DNA of 64,000 nucleotides from Octopus sinensis (taxonomy: Eukaryota): the NCBI RefSeq assembly GCF_006345805.1, contig NC_043002.1, positions 84,506,001-84,570,000 on the forward strand. Reading direction: 5' to 3'. Positions 21,881 through 35,400 of this stretch are shown in pieces. Numbering within the stretch: the first letter of the stretch is position 1; each line of letters starts with the position of its first letter. The notes below the pieces were generated by a model, which saw nothing but the letters and a program-made list of their open reading frames with translations, had not been told where the DNA came from and did no database searches. Made by a program: the position numbers and the translations under genes.

Positions 21881-22135
21881 TGTGGTCGTATACTGTCAAC
21901 TCAATGTGACAGTCCCATGAGGGAATTACACCACCGCCATTTAGCCCTAGGAAACATCGACATCTCCTGTCGGCTTTGACACATTTTCTGTGTCCTTATA
22001 TTTGCAAAGGGGAGGCAATCACCCCGCAAGCCGGGACAAGGCACCTGAAGACATATGTTTCTGAGTGTATTGCTCATCGTCAGTTCAGGGTAGCCTGCCT
22101 CGCTCGCTGAGAAAAGGATATTTAACAATCCTTAT
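21881..22135 (-). mobile_element. Solo hammerhead-bearing unit (PLE pseudo-LTR or retrozyme-like)
   Basis: CpG-rich ~250-bp block in a CpG-poor context, containing a perfect hammerhead; its 3' end abuts an (AAT)n tract at about 21839-21880. Confidence 0.6.
22044..22089 (-). ncRNA. Minimal type I hammerhead ribozyme
   Basis: Minus strand reads CCTGAA-CTGACGA-TGAG-caataca-CTCA-GAAA-CATATG-TC^TTCAGG: 6-bp stem I, 4-bp stem II, palindromic ACATATGT stem III, GUC site. Confidence 0.92.
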
Positions 22136-22829
22136 TAATACTTCCTCATAAAACATCCCTGCATGCACACATACATACATATACTAGAGTCATAATGTGA
22201 TTCTAATATGTGTAGTAATTATATAATATATAAGCTAATTTGATGATAATGATGATAAAGAACACCCACACCACTACTCTACCACTATCATCACTGTCAC
22301 TGCCATCACCATCACTGTTATGTCAATAGCGTTGTTGTTATTGAGATTAAGGGAAATTATAATATTTGTTTCTCCAAGCAGACATTATTCAGTCTGGCTC
22401 ATGCTTTTGTCATTGTAATAACAATATAATATAATAACAATGTGAATTATAGCTCGTTTCAATAACAACTATTATTAATGACAACAATATACATTCAAAA
22501 CAATTGTAAATACAGAAATATTACGGTAATTACTGCATGATTACATTGGTAAGTAGAAGCACCAACAGATGTTCATATACATATATATAGTTCCATCAAT
22601 AATGGAGGTGAACCTGATCTGACCTACTGCACTGCTGTGATGTTTTAGTTAGTTAAAATCTGTCTCAAGCCTAGAGGCTCAAGGTGTTGTACAGTGGGAT
22701 TGAACCTGAAAGCAGGCAGATATTACAATTTAAACTTCTTAACTACATAGCCATGCCTGTATCCAAATACTGTAGTCCTTCCTCATGAAATTTCTCCATG
22801 GTCTAAAATTTCAGGAATTTTTTTTTTGT

Positions 22830-23235
22830 CGTAGGGCTACCTGCTGTGCTTGAGGAGACCTACTGAGTCAAGTACATCAACATCAAAATAAAAATCAAAT
22901 GGAAATTGTAGTTGTGATACCTGTGCCGGTGGCACGTAAAAAGCACCATCTGAATGTGGCCGATGCCAGCGCTGCTTTGACTGGCTTCCGTGCCGGTGGT
23001 ATGTAAAAAGCATCAACCAATCATGGCTGCTGCCAGCCTTGCCTGGCACTGTGCCAGTGGCATGTAAAAAGCCTCCACTACACTCACGGAGTGGTTGGCA
23101 TTAGGAAGGGCATCCAGCTGTAGAAACACTGCCAGGTCAGACTGGAGCCTGGTGCAGCCTTCATGGCTTACCAGACTCCGGTCGAACCGTCCAACCCATG
23201 CTAGCATGGAAAATGGACATTAAACGATGATGATC
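22830..23235 (+). mobile_element. RTE 3' tail (family A)
   Basis: Tandem units, core motif and (GAT)n tail. Confidence 0.8.
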
Positions 23236-23869
23236 ATTTTGTTTGAAATGAAGGGTAATGCTCATATCCATTTACAAGGCCTCTGACTTTGGTGGCAGGG
23301 AGGCATCCTCTAACTCGAGACATGACCTGAATACATGCAACGGAACAGACTCCGACAAAGATACCCAAGAGCCAGGTGATGGTGTTAAACTGGGTGATGA
23401 GTAAATCTACCATGTAGTTCAAACAGTGACCACCCTAATAAATGTCTTCTACTATAGCGCTGGGTTGACCAAGGCTTTGTGAGTGGATTTGGTAGACAGA
23501 AGCTGAAACCCATTGAACCGACTGTTGTTATCGCTAGGCCTAACTCATCGTAAAGTCAATACCACCATGACCAATATCCAATCTACAGTGGAGAAGGCTA
23601 GCCACTGGATTTGGTTAAAAAGAGATGATGAGCGATGGCTAGAAGGATATTGAGCTTTATTTGATAACCAGCTGATCTAGCAAGCGAGGCCTCATATCAG
23701 TGTGTGCATTGATGCCGTCGAGAGGTAGGCCCCGAAACAGCGCGTATTCTCTCCTGATGACCCCATACACTTGCTGGCTTCCTGTATGTGGATTTTTTGA
23801 CTGGTAGCACTTGCATGTGCAAGTTGTTTGCAAGACGTGTGTGTGTGTGTGTGCGTGTACGTGTGTGTG

Positions 23870-24105
23870 TGTGTGTGATTGCATGTATTACATCATGTAA
23901 TAGTTGTAAAATGGTTGTCACTGCCATATAAGCAGTATCATTCATTTCCAATATTCTGCAAGAACATGGGGAAATGTAAACTAGCTTTGAAATAGGTGAG
24001 GGTTGGCAACAAGAAGGGCATCCAGCCATGGAAAATTTGCTTCAACAAACTCTATCTGACCCATGCAAGCATGGAAAAGTGGACGTTGAAATGATGATGA
24101 TGACG
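23870..24105 (+). mobile_element. Variant RTE-type tail (related copies at about 20880-21110, 53080-53310 and 61040-61140)
   Basis: GGTTGGCAACAAGAAGGGCATCCAGCC...GCATGGAAAAGTGGACGTT..(GAT)n. Confidence 0.65.
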
Positions 24106-26379
24106 ACAAAGTATTTTCAGTACCTGAAGAAAAGGGCCAGTCTTTGGGAAGCAGTACTAGCTATGTTAATGTTGTGCTTTCACCAGGACAGATCCTTAGA
24201 ACCTTTGTAAGGACTCTGATTGCTTGCTGCTCTTATTTAAGGTGAGTGTTATGTGATGTTTTCATGATGAATAGCATTTGTCATTTCTTGCTATTGAAAG
24301 AACAATATTGGCATATCCCATTTGCCCGAAAGCCATTGGCACATTCCATTTGCCTGAGGGCTATTGGTGTATCTGATGGACATTGCCTGAGGGTTGCTAC
24401 AAAGATATTGGTATATGTATGCAAGAAAGATGACAGAGTAGGTTTTGGAAAGATAAAGCAATTTAATGATGTATACTTGGTAAAAAAAAAAGTTATGACT
24501 TCAATGTAGAGGATATCCGAAAACCAAAGAAAACTTTGGAAGGCAGCGTAGTCTTAGAATTTGAGAAAAGATCCACTCCCTGACTTAAAGACCTCATTTC
24601 CCTTCTCACTTATTGCAGCTTCAACTAAGAGAAAATAAATAGTTTTAAAACATTTAATAAAGCATTTATGTAAAGCCCTAAAAGCCTACAAAACTGAAGT
24701 AAAAAATTTAGTAATGTTGTTCTTAAGTCACCCAAAATATAACTGAACCCTAGTTATTATTTATCACATGACTGTTGACGTCACAATTTCTTAGGCCTCC
24801 TTTAATAGTCTGACTTTTTGTAGAGTCTTATTTCTTGTTCTTTTGCTCCAGATCAAACTCTGAACTGGTAGTCTTGTGATCAATTGCTTTCCAGTCGTCA
24901 CCATCCAGACTTTTTTAAAAATACATCTAAGACTTCATTATCCTATGCTTCCTTTCCCTTTCAAAGATAGTTGGGTATGATTTGAGTGAATTTAGCTGTT
25001 ATTTTTTGCATGTCAACCGACAGCTCACTTTAAAGGATTTTGATACCCTTCGTATATAAAATATTGGTTTATTAAGCAAATAAGATAATATTCCCAAGCC
25101 TTTCGAAATGTTTGCGAATATTATCGTTCAATTTAACATTAACTTTCAGTTTCTAAAAAGTCAATAGTATAATGTCGGTGTGTTAAGTTATGTCTGTTTG
25201 TGCCCCACAAGTAGAATCTAAAGGATATATACATAACGCAAAGTCAACGTAGTTTTGGGAATATAGATTCAAGTCTCGAAAACAGAAAACGCACACAAAC
25301 CCTCGAACATTTTGATTTGTATTGAAAGAAAAAAATTCTGAGGATGTAACTGAAAAGTTTTTTTGCTATATATTTAATTTTAGGTCAAGAATTACTTACA
25401 TTCACTTATTTAAAGTCAGAAACAAAATAATATTCTATCATTACTAATAAAAATCGGCATTATTTATTTTAGTGAGAATTTCTTGTGTATCAGCTGACAT
25501 TATTAGCACTTAATAGACAAATATAAGTTGGAACGAAAATGTACACAATCAGCTATTGCTCTCGTGATCTCTAAAAAGTTAGGCAATCACGTTGGAATAG
25601 AGCTATGACTATCAATATTTTTATTTTTTGAGGGAGAATTAGAGCAAAAACAATTTCATATTAAACTGAAGGATTAGTCAATACTTTTTGCTGAGTATAA
25701 AAGCCTAGAATTTCTTTCTCAGAACTTTTGGCAGTCTAGAAATCTCTTCGTGTTTTCCCTCATATCAATTATCTACAACCGATTATAATATAACATTAAG
25801 TAAATTAACATCAATTAGTCGTATGAGGTTTTTGAAAGTTCAATCAGTTTCGTCGTGCACCGTATTTCGACCCAGTGTAACTCAAACGAAGTTCGTCTTT
25901 GCACTTTAAGCACCCACAGAAAACAAATTCGGTCTCATCACAATACAGTTGGATCCAGAGTTAGGTGTTATGATGTTGCAATCATTAAAATAGAACCTTG
26001 TCGGTTTTTTTTTCCTTTTTTTTTTTTTTCTAAACTAGTTTAAATCTATTGTCCAAGACAGCGCTAATTAGAGACATTGCCAGAAACTGAAATCTATATT
26101 ATATGATATTAATTAATTTCATCCTGATGGACACTAAACAACACCTAAGTATCTAGTCATTGAATATTTGATCATTAACATGTTAGTTGCTCGAGTCCTT
26201 AGCTACCAATATATCTTAGTGGTAAATATAGTTGTATATATGTCACAGTGAATTTACCAATATATAATATATCAAGGAAAACAACCTTCTGCATTTAGCG
26301 ATGGTACTGTACTATTTTTTAACAAATATATTATTATCAAGGGATCAGCCGTGATCGAAGGTCATATACACGAGCTGGA

Positions 26380-26472
26380 GTTTCTATGTGGTCGATCGAC
26401 CGGTTGAAGAAATAGCAGCCAAATCTCATTCCTATCACATTCTCCTGACTTACGAAAAGAGCACATTAGAAG
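26380..26472 (+). other. Candidate 5' non-coding exon (start uncertain)
   Basis: Donor AAG|GTATGT at 26472/26473. Confidence 0.3.
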
Positions 26473-26829
26473 GTATGTTCCGGTTTGGACTGTGTCTGAA
26501 TTAATAACTGAAGCCCTTTTGTATTCGGCTTGCTTAATTAGCGACATATCTCGGGCTAAACAACTGATTGCACTCTGGATCTCCTTTTATTGTGATGATT
26601 TCCACTAAAACTTTGTTTCTACCGCTAGTGCTGGGGTAGTGTATCTAGAAATTTTGTCGTTCAGCAGTATATTAAAATAAAGTTAAAGCTGATTGGAGAT
26701 TATACAGAAGTGGGTTTTTTTTTAGTAAAGAATGAGAAGCACTCCAGCTGTAGACTGACAGTCGAAGCACTGAAGCAGTAAGGTGGCAGTAATAATGCTA
26801 GAGCAGTAGGGTTGCAGTAGAAGCACAGG

Positions 26830-26893
26830 AGCAGTAGAGTTACAGTAGATGCACTTGAGCAGTAGAGTTACAGTAGATGCACTTGAGCAGTAG
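26830..26893. repeat. 28-bp minisatellite (x2.3) inside a degenerate GCAGTAG-rich tract (about 26730-27060)
   Basis: AGCAGTAGAGTTACAGTAGATGCACTTG at 26830-26857 and 26858-26885. Confidence 0.85.
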
Positions 26894-27099
26894 GGAGATT
26901 GTAGAAGCACGAGAAGCAGTAAGGCTGACAGTAGTAACATTAAAGCAGTAGAATGACAGTAGAAGCACAACAATGAGTCTGCAGTAGAAGTTGGTGATAG
27001 TAGAACTGCTACAGTAGGAACACCAGCAGCCAGGGTAGTAGTGAGAGTAGTCGTGTTAGTTGTGGTAGTAACAGTTGTGTTGCTAGTCCGGCTATCACG

Positions 27100-27271
27100 G
27101 CTCATTCTGACATTGATCCAGTAAAGGGAGAGGAGAGGGCGGCCTTCTCTCTCATGTAATAAAATAAGAACAACGGCAGATATTTAACTTTTTACCTCTG
27201 CATCAAGCACTTTGAAGTGATGTTAGCTGTCGTGTGACATTGTCAAGCGTGGCAATGTTGCAGATTCTCAG
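27100..27271 (+). other. Candidate 5' non-coding exon (start uncertain)
   Basis: Strong donor CAG|GTAAGA at 27271/27272. Confidence 0.4.
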
Positions 27272-27468
27272 GTAAGAAACTGAAAAAAAGCTCTATTTAT
27301 TACACACCTGCTAAATGTCGGTGAATATATTTAATCATATGTCTTGATAGATAGTATACACTGTTTAATGTAAGTCGATACTAAATGCCCCAGCACTACT
27401 GCTGTACTTATTTAACATTGACGATACAAGAGCGATGGAACGTATTAGTTTAACGTTTACCAACTCCC

Positions 27469-27562
<94 letters not shown>

Positions 27563-27584
27563 GAACGAAAGAAACCGTGCTCGA

Positions 27585-27645
<61 letters not shown>

Positions 27646-28399
27646 TATGCTAGTGACACCTAAGCAAATGTAAAATGTAAATAGCAACTGTAGTAGTAAT
27701 AAAGAAACTATTTGCTTGGGTTCTTTCTTTATAGCCCTCATCGCTTTCGTGTCTCCTTTTAGGCTTTCTGTTCATTTTTACCCACCACCTTTACCTTATT
27801 AAATATATTACTCCTGATTTAAAAAGAGAGAGAGAGAGTGTGTATTTGTGTAACAGAATAAAATGTCTCCCTTGCCTCATAACCGTATAATCGTTATTTC
27901 AAGAAAACAAAAATACAAAATACTGGAAAGGGAATGGTTGCTGTTGGTAAAAGTGACAAGAAGCAGTCGGCTTAATAAATTTCCATAAATCAAACTAATT
28001 AACTTCTAAACAACAATAACAAGGAGAACAATGACGAAAAGATGCAATTAAGTTTTCGTTTGTTCGTTTATTTTTTGTTGTTCTGTTAATTTTTTAAACA
28101 CCAATCTGTATCAAAAACGGAATTGACTTACTCTTTTTTAATTTATTTCATGTAATCTTGGTGCTAACTTGAACTTTATTATTTGTATATTTACGTTGCT
28201 GTTAGCGCCGCAACTCTTTAATTTGACAGATGAAAACTTGTTCTTTGTCACTCCTTCCCCCACCATACTTTATACATTTCTGTTTCTATGTCATTTTATT
28301 TCGTGGACGACATTAGTAATTAAGCACTTTACTCGTCGCTACGATTTAAGAATAAATAAATGCAATATTTGCGCAAGAGTCTTGTCTTCAAAAGAAAAT

Positions 28400-28494
28400 T
28401 AGCTTGATCGCTGAAAGTCTGCAAATCCGCAAAGCAAAACTATTTCGCTTTTAATGAGTATATAAACTTTGGAGGACTTCGTTGGATATTCGAG
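28400..28494 (+). other. Candidate alternative 5' exon (start uncertain)
   Basis: Donor GAG|GTAAAT at 28494/28495 following CpG-containing sequence. Confidence 0.35.
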
Positions 28495-29147
28495 GTAAAT
28501 AAGCTTCTCTCTCTCTCTAGAGCTCACACACACATACACACAAACACACTCTTTATACTCGTATGCTTACAAACATATGCACGTATATGAACATATAATA
28601 TATATGTCATGAAGTGGTTTAAACGATATTTAGAAGCAAAAATGTATTTTCGTTCCTCTCGTCTTACATTTGTGTTTGTTTCTCCTGTTTAATTATGTAA
28701 TTAGAGAGAGAAAGAGAAAGACAGACAGACAGACTGATCCTTGTTCTCGTTTTGGATATCATTTTCCAAACATGATGGAAGCTAATGTGTGTACATGTAT
28801 AGTCAGCATAAGATTAGCTTTTTCAGACGGGTTGTCGAGTTGTTTCTACGAAGTATCAGACTTGATAATTTTATTTCTTTGTATACATATGGCTTCATCA
28901 CCTCCGTCAACCACCATCACAATCATTTCTCTTATTCCCGCAGTGTCGGCTGATGGGAAAGTCCCACACTAGTCTTCTCTCTTGTTCATCACTATCCCTA
29001 TCATCACCATTCTTTCTAGCATACTGTCACGAATATGTTGGACAAAAACAACACACACACACCCCATAGACATTGATATTTACAGATTTGTACAAACGCA
29101 AAAATGTACAAGTGTATATGTGCATATATATTTTTGCATGAATATAT

Positions 29148-29190
<43 letters not shown>

Positions 29191-32102
29191 AATGTGTGTG
29201 TGTGCAGTGTATTAAATACGCGTGCATATACATATACAGGTAGCATGCATATGTGTGTGTGTATATATATATATACATTTATGTACGTGTTTTCAAACTT
29301 TCATAGTGTTCTTGTTCTGCTCTTTACAAAGTCAGTCTATCTGGTTGCTAATAGGTACTATAGAGAGGCCCAGTTCATGGTTGTAAGTCGTTCAAACATT
29401 TTAGATGACCATTTTTTTCATATTGCAGTGCTGAGGTTAATTAACCCTTTTGTTAAAACACACTGCCTTTGTTTCAATTTAATTTTGAAAATAGTGAACA
29501 ATTTGCTAAAAATAACTTTGCCATTATTAAAATGGTGTTTGAAACAGATTAATATGAAATTTTAATGGAAAATGTTAATTCAGATAACTTTAAGTAAGAA
29601 AAAAATAAAATATCCCAGAGAATGTAGGCTGTATGAAGTTGATTTCTTCTGGACACATTGGAGGAAGATAAGTCTTTAGTGGCACCTCATAGGTATGTGA
29701 CATTATTATTACAACCATGAGTGTCTTTAAATTTGTGTGTGTGTGAATAATATATATATGGGTGAGTGGACAAATGAATGAAAGAGGCACTCAACACATG
29801 TAGTAGGAATAGCATATATTATTTCAAATAGTTTGATTTAACCCTATGCAATTTAAAGTTTCTGTAATAACCCTACGAAACTTTGAGCCACATGGGGTCA
29901 AATCAAACTGTTTTGAATATAATATCAATAACACACACACACAACCATATATATAAAAAAAACCCCAATGTATTGTCTTTAAAACAGTTTGCTAGTTGAA
30001 AATCTGCAAAACACAATTACACACACACACACAGATGTATGTAGAAACTAGTTTTTTTGGTGCATTAGTAAAAGTATCACAATTACTGCTTACTGGTAAT
30101 GTTTGAAGCATAACTCTGTTATTAAAATCTTGCATAGGTCAACATGACCTTTTATCCATCAAATATGAATGAAATAAATAGTAGCTAAAGTATAAAAGTA
30201 TATTAGCTTATAGATGTGAAAAGTTTGATTTAATATTTTGATTATCATTATTAATCTAGCAGTTCCTACTACAAAAGTTTCTAGAGAAACACACTTGCAA
30301 TAGGTTAACATCTGACCAAGATGGGAGAAGCTTTTCAATCCCTGTTTAATGCCATAGAAACTGAGAAATCCTCCATGAGATTCAAATTACCAGTGTAAAA
30401 GAAATTCATTTCACAACTATATAATTCCTGATTCAATCTCATTGCACAGTACCTTTAGGAAGTATCTTCTACTGCATCCTCAGATTGACCCATGCATTGT
30501 GAGTGGAATCTGGGAGATAGAAACTGCAGAAGCCTATCATGTGTGTGTGTATGTATACTGGTGCATCGCATCAGGTTGCATCTCTTTTCATGTAAAAGTA
30601 AATAATAATCAATTAAATAAGTACCCATCTGCAATAAATACTGGAGTCAATTATGATTTAATAAAATCCCTTGAAGGCATTGCTCCAGAATGACCACACT
30701 CCAATGACTGAAACCAGTAACAAAGTAATCTTTATTTTTCTAGCTTCCTTTATCATTTGCTTATGAAGGCATATCATTTGGTTTAAGTCTGAAAGACTGA
30801 TATTGTCTTTCTAAGGGCAATGTAGTTGGCAGAATAACTAGAATGGTGAATAAAATGCCATTACAGTTAGTTACATCCCTTCATGTTCCCAATGTGGTTA
30901 ATAAAATAGACTTGGTCAAGTACTCAGGGTCATGTGAATTGACTAAATATCTTGCAAAATGTCTCACCTTGTGCCACTATTAGAAATCATTACTGTCTTT
31001 ATATAATTTCATGGTCATCTTCTGTGGATGGTTCTTTTGGTGAATTGTAATGTTATATTTATTGCAGATAGTATACCAATGTAAGAATCCTCCCTTATTG
31101 TAATATTTGTGAAAAAACTATTTTGATCAGATAGCTAACTAACCAGGCATTACATTCTATTGCGAAAGGATTGGAAGTGCCAGGGAAAAGTATACAAACC
31201 TACATCATGCGATTTTATTCAGCCTGTCTTCCTCTTTCAGAACTGTTGTAATAACCATTCTCCTTTGCGACTCTGAGCCATTAATTACTTACTGTTACCA
31301 ATTTATGATTCCTTGAGTGCTTCCACTAGCACTACCTCCACTATATCTACAGCTGTAATTTTGTAACTGATACACTGAAATCTTAAACTGGTGAAAGTTA
31401 CCAGCATTGAGACCATGCTGTTAAAGTTACTGTTGTACTAGGCACAGTAAGTTGCCAGGATGGAGGATCATTGCTTGCCAAAGATTTTGTGGTATGGCAA
31501 ACCAACACTGGACAGAAAGACACCAAAGAAAAAGAGAAAGATTCTCTGAAGATATTCTTTGGCACCTGTCAGATTGCCCATTGTCAGTGTTCTAACATAA
31601 TCTTCAATTATGAGGCTTGGCAATACACCTTTCATCAGTCTTTCTCTTCTTTCAAGAACATATGCAAGGCTGGCTCTGAGGGCCAAAGGAGATTGTGGAA
31701 GAACTGTAATACATCAATACAAAACCCAAAATTTTCCATGCAGCTGATGCAATCAGGTCTAGCAGTCCCATATTAGCCTTGTTGGCCATCAGTGAACCTG
31801 CAGTCAACATGGACAGTGCTCTTCACAAATCTTTGTTTGCAAAACCAGACTATGTTGATGATGATAATTTGGATGAACTTGATGAATTTTAATGACTAGT
31901 TTAGATTCTTGAGACTGGTTTGTATTGCATCATTAGTGACTGTGAAGAATACTTTGTTGAGTAAAGTAGAAGATAAATTTTTGCTCCTCTAAGCCACATT
32001 GTGGATCAGTGTATTTGTCTTTGGTGTATGTTGCATTTGATGTTCTCTGGTGTTGATGGTAAGAAAAGAGAAAGTGGATTTGGTAGCAACTACTCTAAGT
32101 CT

Positions 32103-32489
32103 TCAAAATGAAGCCAGGTTTCTAGGTGATTGGAGTAGGGTTGAAGTAATGCAGCAATATTTAGAGAAAGGAAAGAGAATGTGAGTGATATCTGCATATG
32201 AGGCTGTCTGTATGCTTTGTGACAGTCTGGAAAGGTCATGTGTGTATAGGTTGAACAGAATGGGTGAGAGAATGGAACCCTGTAGTACTCCATTCAGGAA
32301 ATTGCAGATACTGGAAGTGTTCTTGATCACTGTATAAGCTTGATAGACTGACTGGGATTTTGCTAACCAGGCATTTGTGTTTTGTAATTTATTTATAAGT
32401 AGATAGCAAGGAATAGAGTTGGAAGCTTTGTTACTATCAATGGTAATTAGTATGGTATGGAGGCTTTTTAAAGATGTTAAAGCCATCAT
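32103..32489 (-). pseudogene. Old LINE reverse transcriptase remnant (Jockey/I/CR1-like); decayed flanks probably extend to about 34000
   Basis: IDSNKASNSIP..LLINKL...GVLQGSILSPILFNLYTHDL...SYADI matches RT motifs; a KASGP-like motif lies near 33950. Confidence 0.8.
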
Positions 32490-35400
32490 ATATTTTCTGT
32501 ATCAGATTTGTGAGGAATGAGGTTGTGATTGTATGTAGTTACTTGAACCTGTATTATGTTTTGGAGAGATGGATATGTTAGTGATGTCAAGGATAAGTCT
32601 TTCTAGTTTTTTTTTGTGGGTGTATATAATAGGGTGCGGGATACTGAGTCTGATGCTATTTCAGTTGGGTTTTTGTTGACCTTTAGAATTGCTATAATTT
32701 TGTCCAACTTCCAGAATCTTTGAATCTTAGAGAATTGAGCAGTTCTACAAAACTACAGAACTGAATAGTTTTACTGAGTTAATAGTTCTAGATGTGAGCC
32801 AGTACAGAAACTCCTTCAGGTATAGATGTTTTAACTCCTTAGAATTTCATATATCTTTGAGGGTTTTGAGTTTTAGTTGCCCCTATTGCATTTGGGGATG
32901 ATTGTTGGAAGGAAGTAGACAAACTCACAGAGTAGGTGGCAGTTGGTATTTTCATTTTGTGTTCCTGTCTCTTTTTGTATGGTTTTTGGTGGCTGATATT
33001 CAAGAAATTTCTGTTATGTGCATTTATTTGGGATTATAGTGTTGATATATTGGGGTTGTTATTGTGATAAGGAGTGTGATTTGACCCTTGTTGTTGGTGC
33101 TTTTAATTACCACCCACTCCCCTCTCTTCATGTGCCATGTGATCTTGAACTTCTGTGTCAAAGCATGAAGAATATGACTTACTGCAGGAAAGCTACAGCA
33201 TTAGCTTCCCACTTCCTTGTGTCTGTTTATTTACAGTTTATTCTGCTAATCTCCTGCTCTTTGGAACTTATTATTGAGGCATAGGGCCTATTTAACCTTT
33301 CAGCAGGTTAACTGGTTTACATGACATCAAGGTAAGTTCACACACAGATGAGCCTGCATGACACATGCATATCAGCCAACCTTCCTTTGAGTTATGCATA
33401 TCTTCTGCTATCTGACCCTTAACAGGATAGTGGTGACTAAAGTGTAACTCCATATTCCCCAAAACTGAACTCCCAAGCTGGAGCCTCATCAACAGGTATG
33501 TTTCAATAAAGGCTCAGGACATTTGTTCTACATAATGTTTTACCATGCAGTTTTGTGGCTTGTTAGATACAAATGTTTGTTAATTTTGTGTTTTTCTATA
33601 GTTTATTTTGGTTTCTTATTTCTTTGTTTACAAGTTTCCTACTGAGTTTGTTCCAGTTGTCTTGTTTTAGTGTTTGAGTTGTCTTTGAATTTTATGAAGT
33701 TGGCTATTTCTGGCATGTAATTGAGTTACATTGTAGTATATATTTTGGAGTGTATCTCTAGTTAATTTGTTCAAAGAATGTACTGTAGTGTGTATATTTG
33801 TTGAGTTCTGAAAAGATTGTTTCTGTTTTTTCATAGAACCTTCACAATGTTGATATGAGCAGTCATATCAACATTCATAGATATTAGTGAGTGTAGTGAA
33901 TCTGTTAAGGTTTTAGGTATATATTTGTGGTTTTGACAGGCCCTGATGCCTTTGAATTCTTAGATTTCCTATTGATTTTTGGGTGTCTGATGGAAGGAAG
34001 AGGTTAGTATTATGGTTGTTGTTTAGTCCCAGGTTAAGCTCTAATTCAACAAGCCCAAGATCAAAAGTTTTCCAGCTTTAACCACCCTAGCTTTTGTAAG
34101 ATGTTGTTTTGATATATTGGTGGATTGGTAAAATTGTTTGTGATGGTTAAAATGCCTTGTAATATTTAGTTACAAACCTTAATATTCTGAGTTAAAATCC
34201 CACCGAGGCCAACCTCTCTTCTTTTTTTTATCCTTTTGGGGTTAATAAAATACAGATATAAGTTAATTACTGTTATTCATTTTATTGATGGATTTTGGTA
34301 CTCAAAAAAAAAAAAAAACGTCTGCTGCTGAGAATTCATATAAATTTTAGTACTGCTTGCACTATAAGGTTGTTGCTCCAAAGCTGTAATATTCTTGCGA
34401 GGATCAATGATGCTCAGTATTATTAGCTTTGAAATTTTGTAATTAATAGCATATGTGGCATATATGCCATTACGCCAAATGCAAGTTGACAGAAAAGGAG
34501 GAAAGAAGTCTGATCAGCTAGGAAGTAAGCTTCATATCCAGTATTTTATCTCTACACTTCATCTAACACTTTATGAATATTATGTAGAGGAGACAGTGTT
34601 AGTTGATTGTTGTGTTAGGGAATATAGTTGTTTAATTTTATAATTCCAGGTAGACGTTTTTAGTTTGAAAAATATTGTAAATCATGGTTAAGGTAAAAAT
34701 AAATGGCGGGAGCTTTTATATGAGGGCAATAACTGAAATGGTCAATAAATCAAAGCTAGGTGAGGAAGTGTTGTTTAGTGAGAGGATTTATTTATGCTGA
34801 GGTGAAGTTGGTGACAAAACAAAGATGTTGAGCCTTCATAGGTGAGTGTTTCTAAGAAAGCAAAGCTGAAGAGGAAGGGAAAAATTGAATAATGTTTAAG
34901 AGACCAGAACTGCAGCTTCATTTGGGAAGGATTGGGAGTGGTCTTTGGCATTGAACTGAATACAGCATCTTTTGTATAGTTTCAAAAGCAAAAATAAGGA
35001 CATTCTTAACTTGAAACAACAGAGTATCTAGCTTTGCTTCACAAAGATCAGCAGAACTTGCTGGTCATACCTACAACCCTGGCCAGAAACTACTCTCCCT
35101 TGGAGATCCCCTCTCTTTCACATGTCTGTTCCCATTGATGTCTTGACAAAGAAAGAGGCTGTTCAAATGTCCTGCTTCTTGATGTGACATCATTTCTCTT
35201 TGCTTCTGGTCCTGACATCTCCGTTCACTCACCCACATTTAGTATTTTTCAAATGATTTTTTTTTGATCATGATTAATGATGGTTGGTCTTGGGGTAGAA
35301 ACCAAATTATCTTGGAAAGTTCTAATATTGCATTTCTTGGTGGATCATGTCATTAGAAGGTAGGCTAATGGAGATGGATATATTCCTTGAAGTTATTTCT

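Larger units (their letters stand above)
24980..29100 (+). promoter_or_regulatory. CpG-richer, SINE-poor block; candidate promoter/5' region of a host gene
   Basis: Visibly more CG dinucleotides and no SINE/LINE copies compared with the flanks; contains three strong + strand donors. Qualitative only. Confidence 0.45.

Noticed and set aside
21901-22128. 75-aa minus-strand ORF as a real exon
   Set aside because: No recognisable protein; the CpG richness is better explained by the ribozyme-bearing unit.
23670-23760. Hammerhead-like GGCCT...AGGCC-CGAAACAGCGCGTA
   Set aside because: No CUGANGA box at the right position and stem III is not palindromic; at most a heavily decayed relic.
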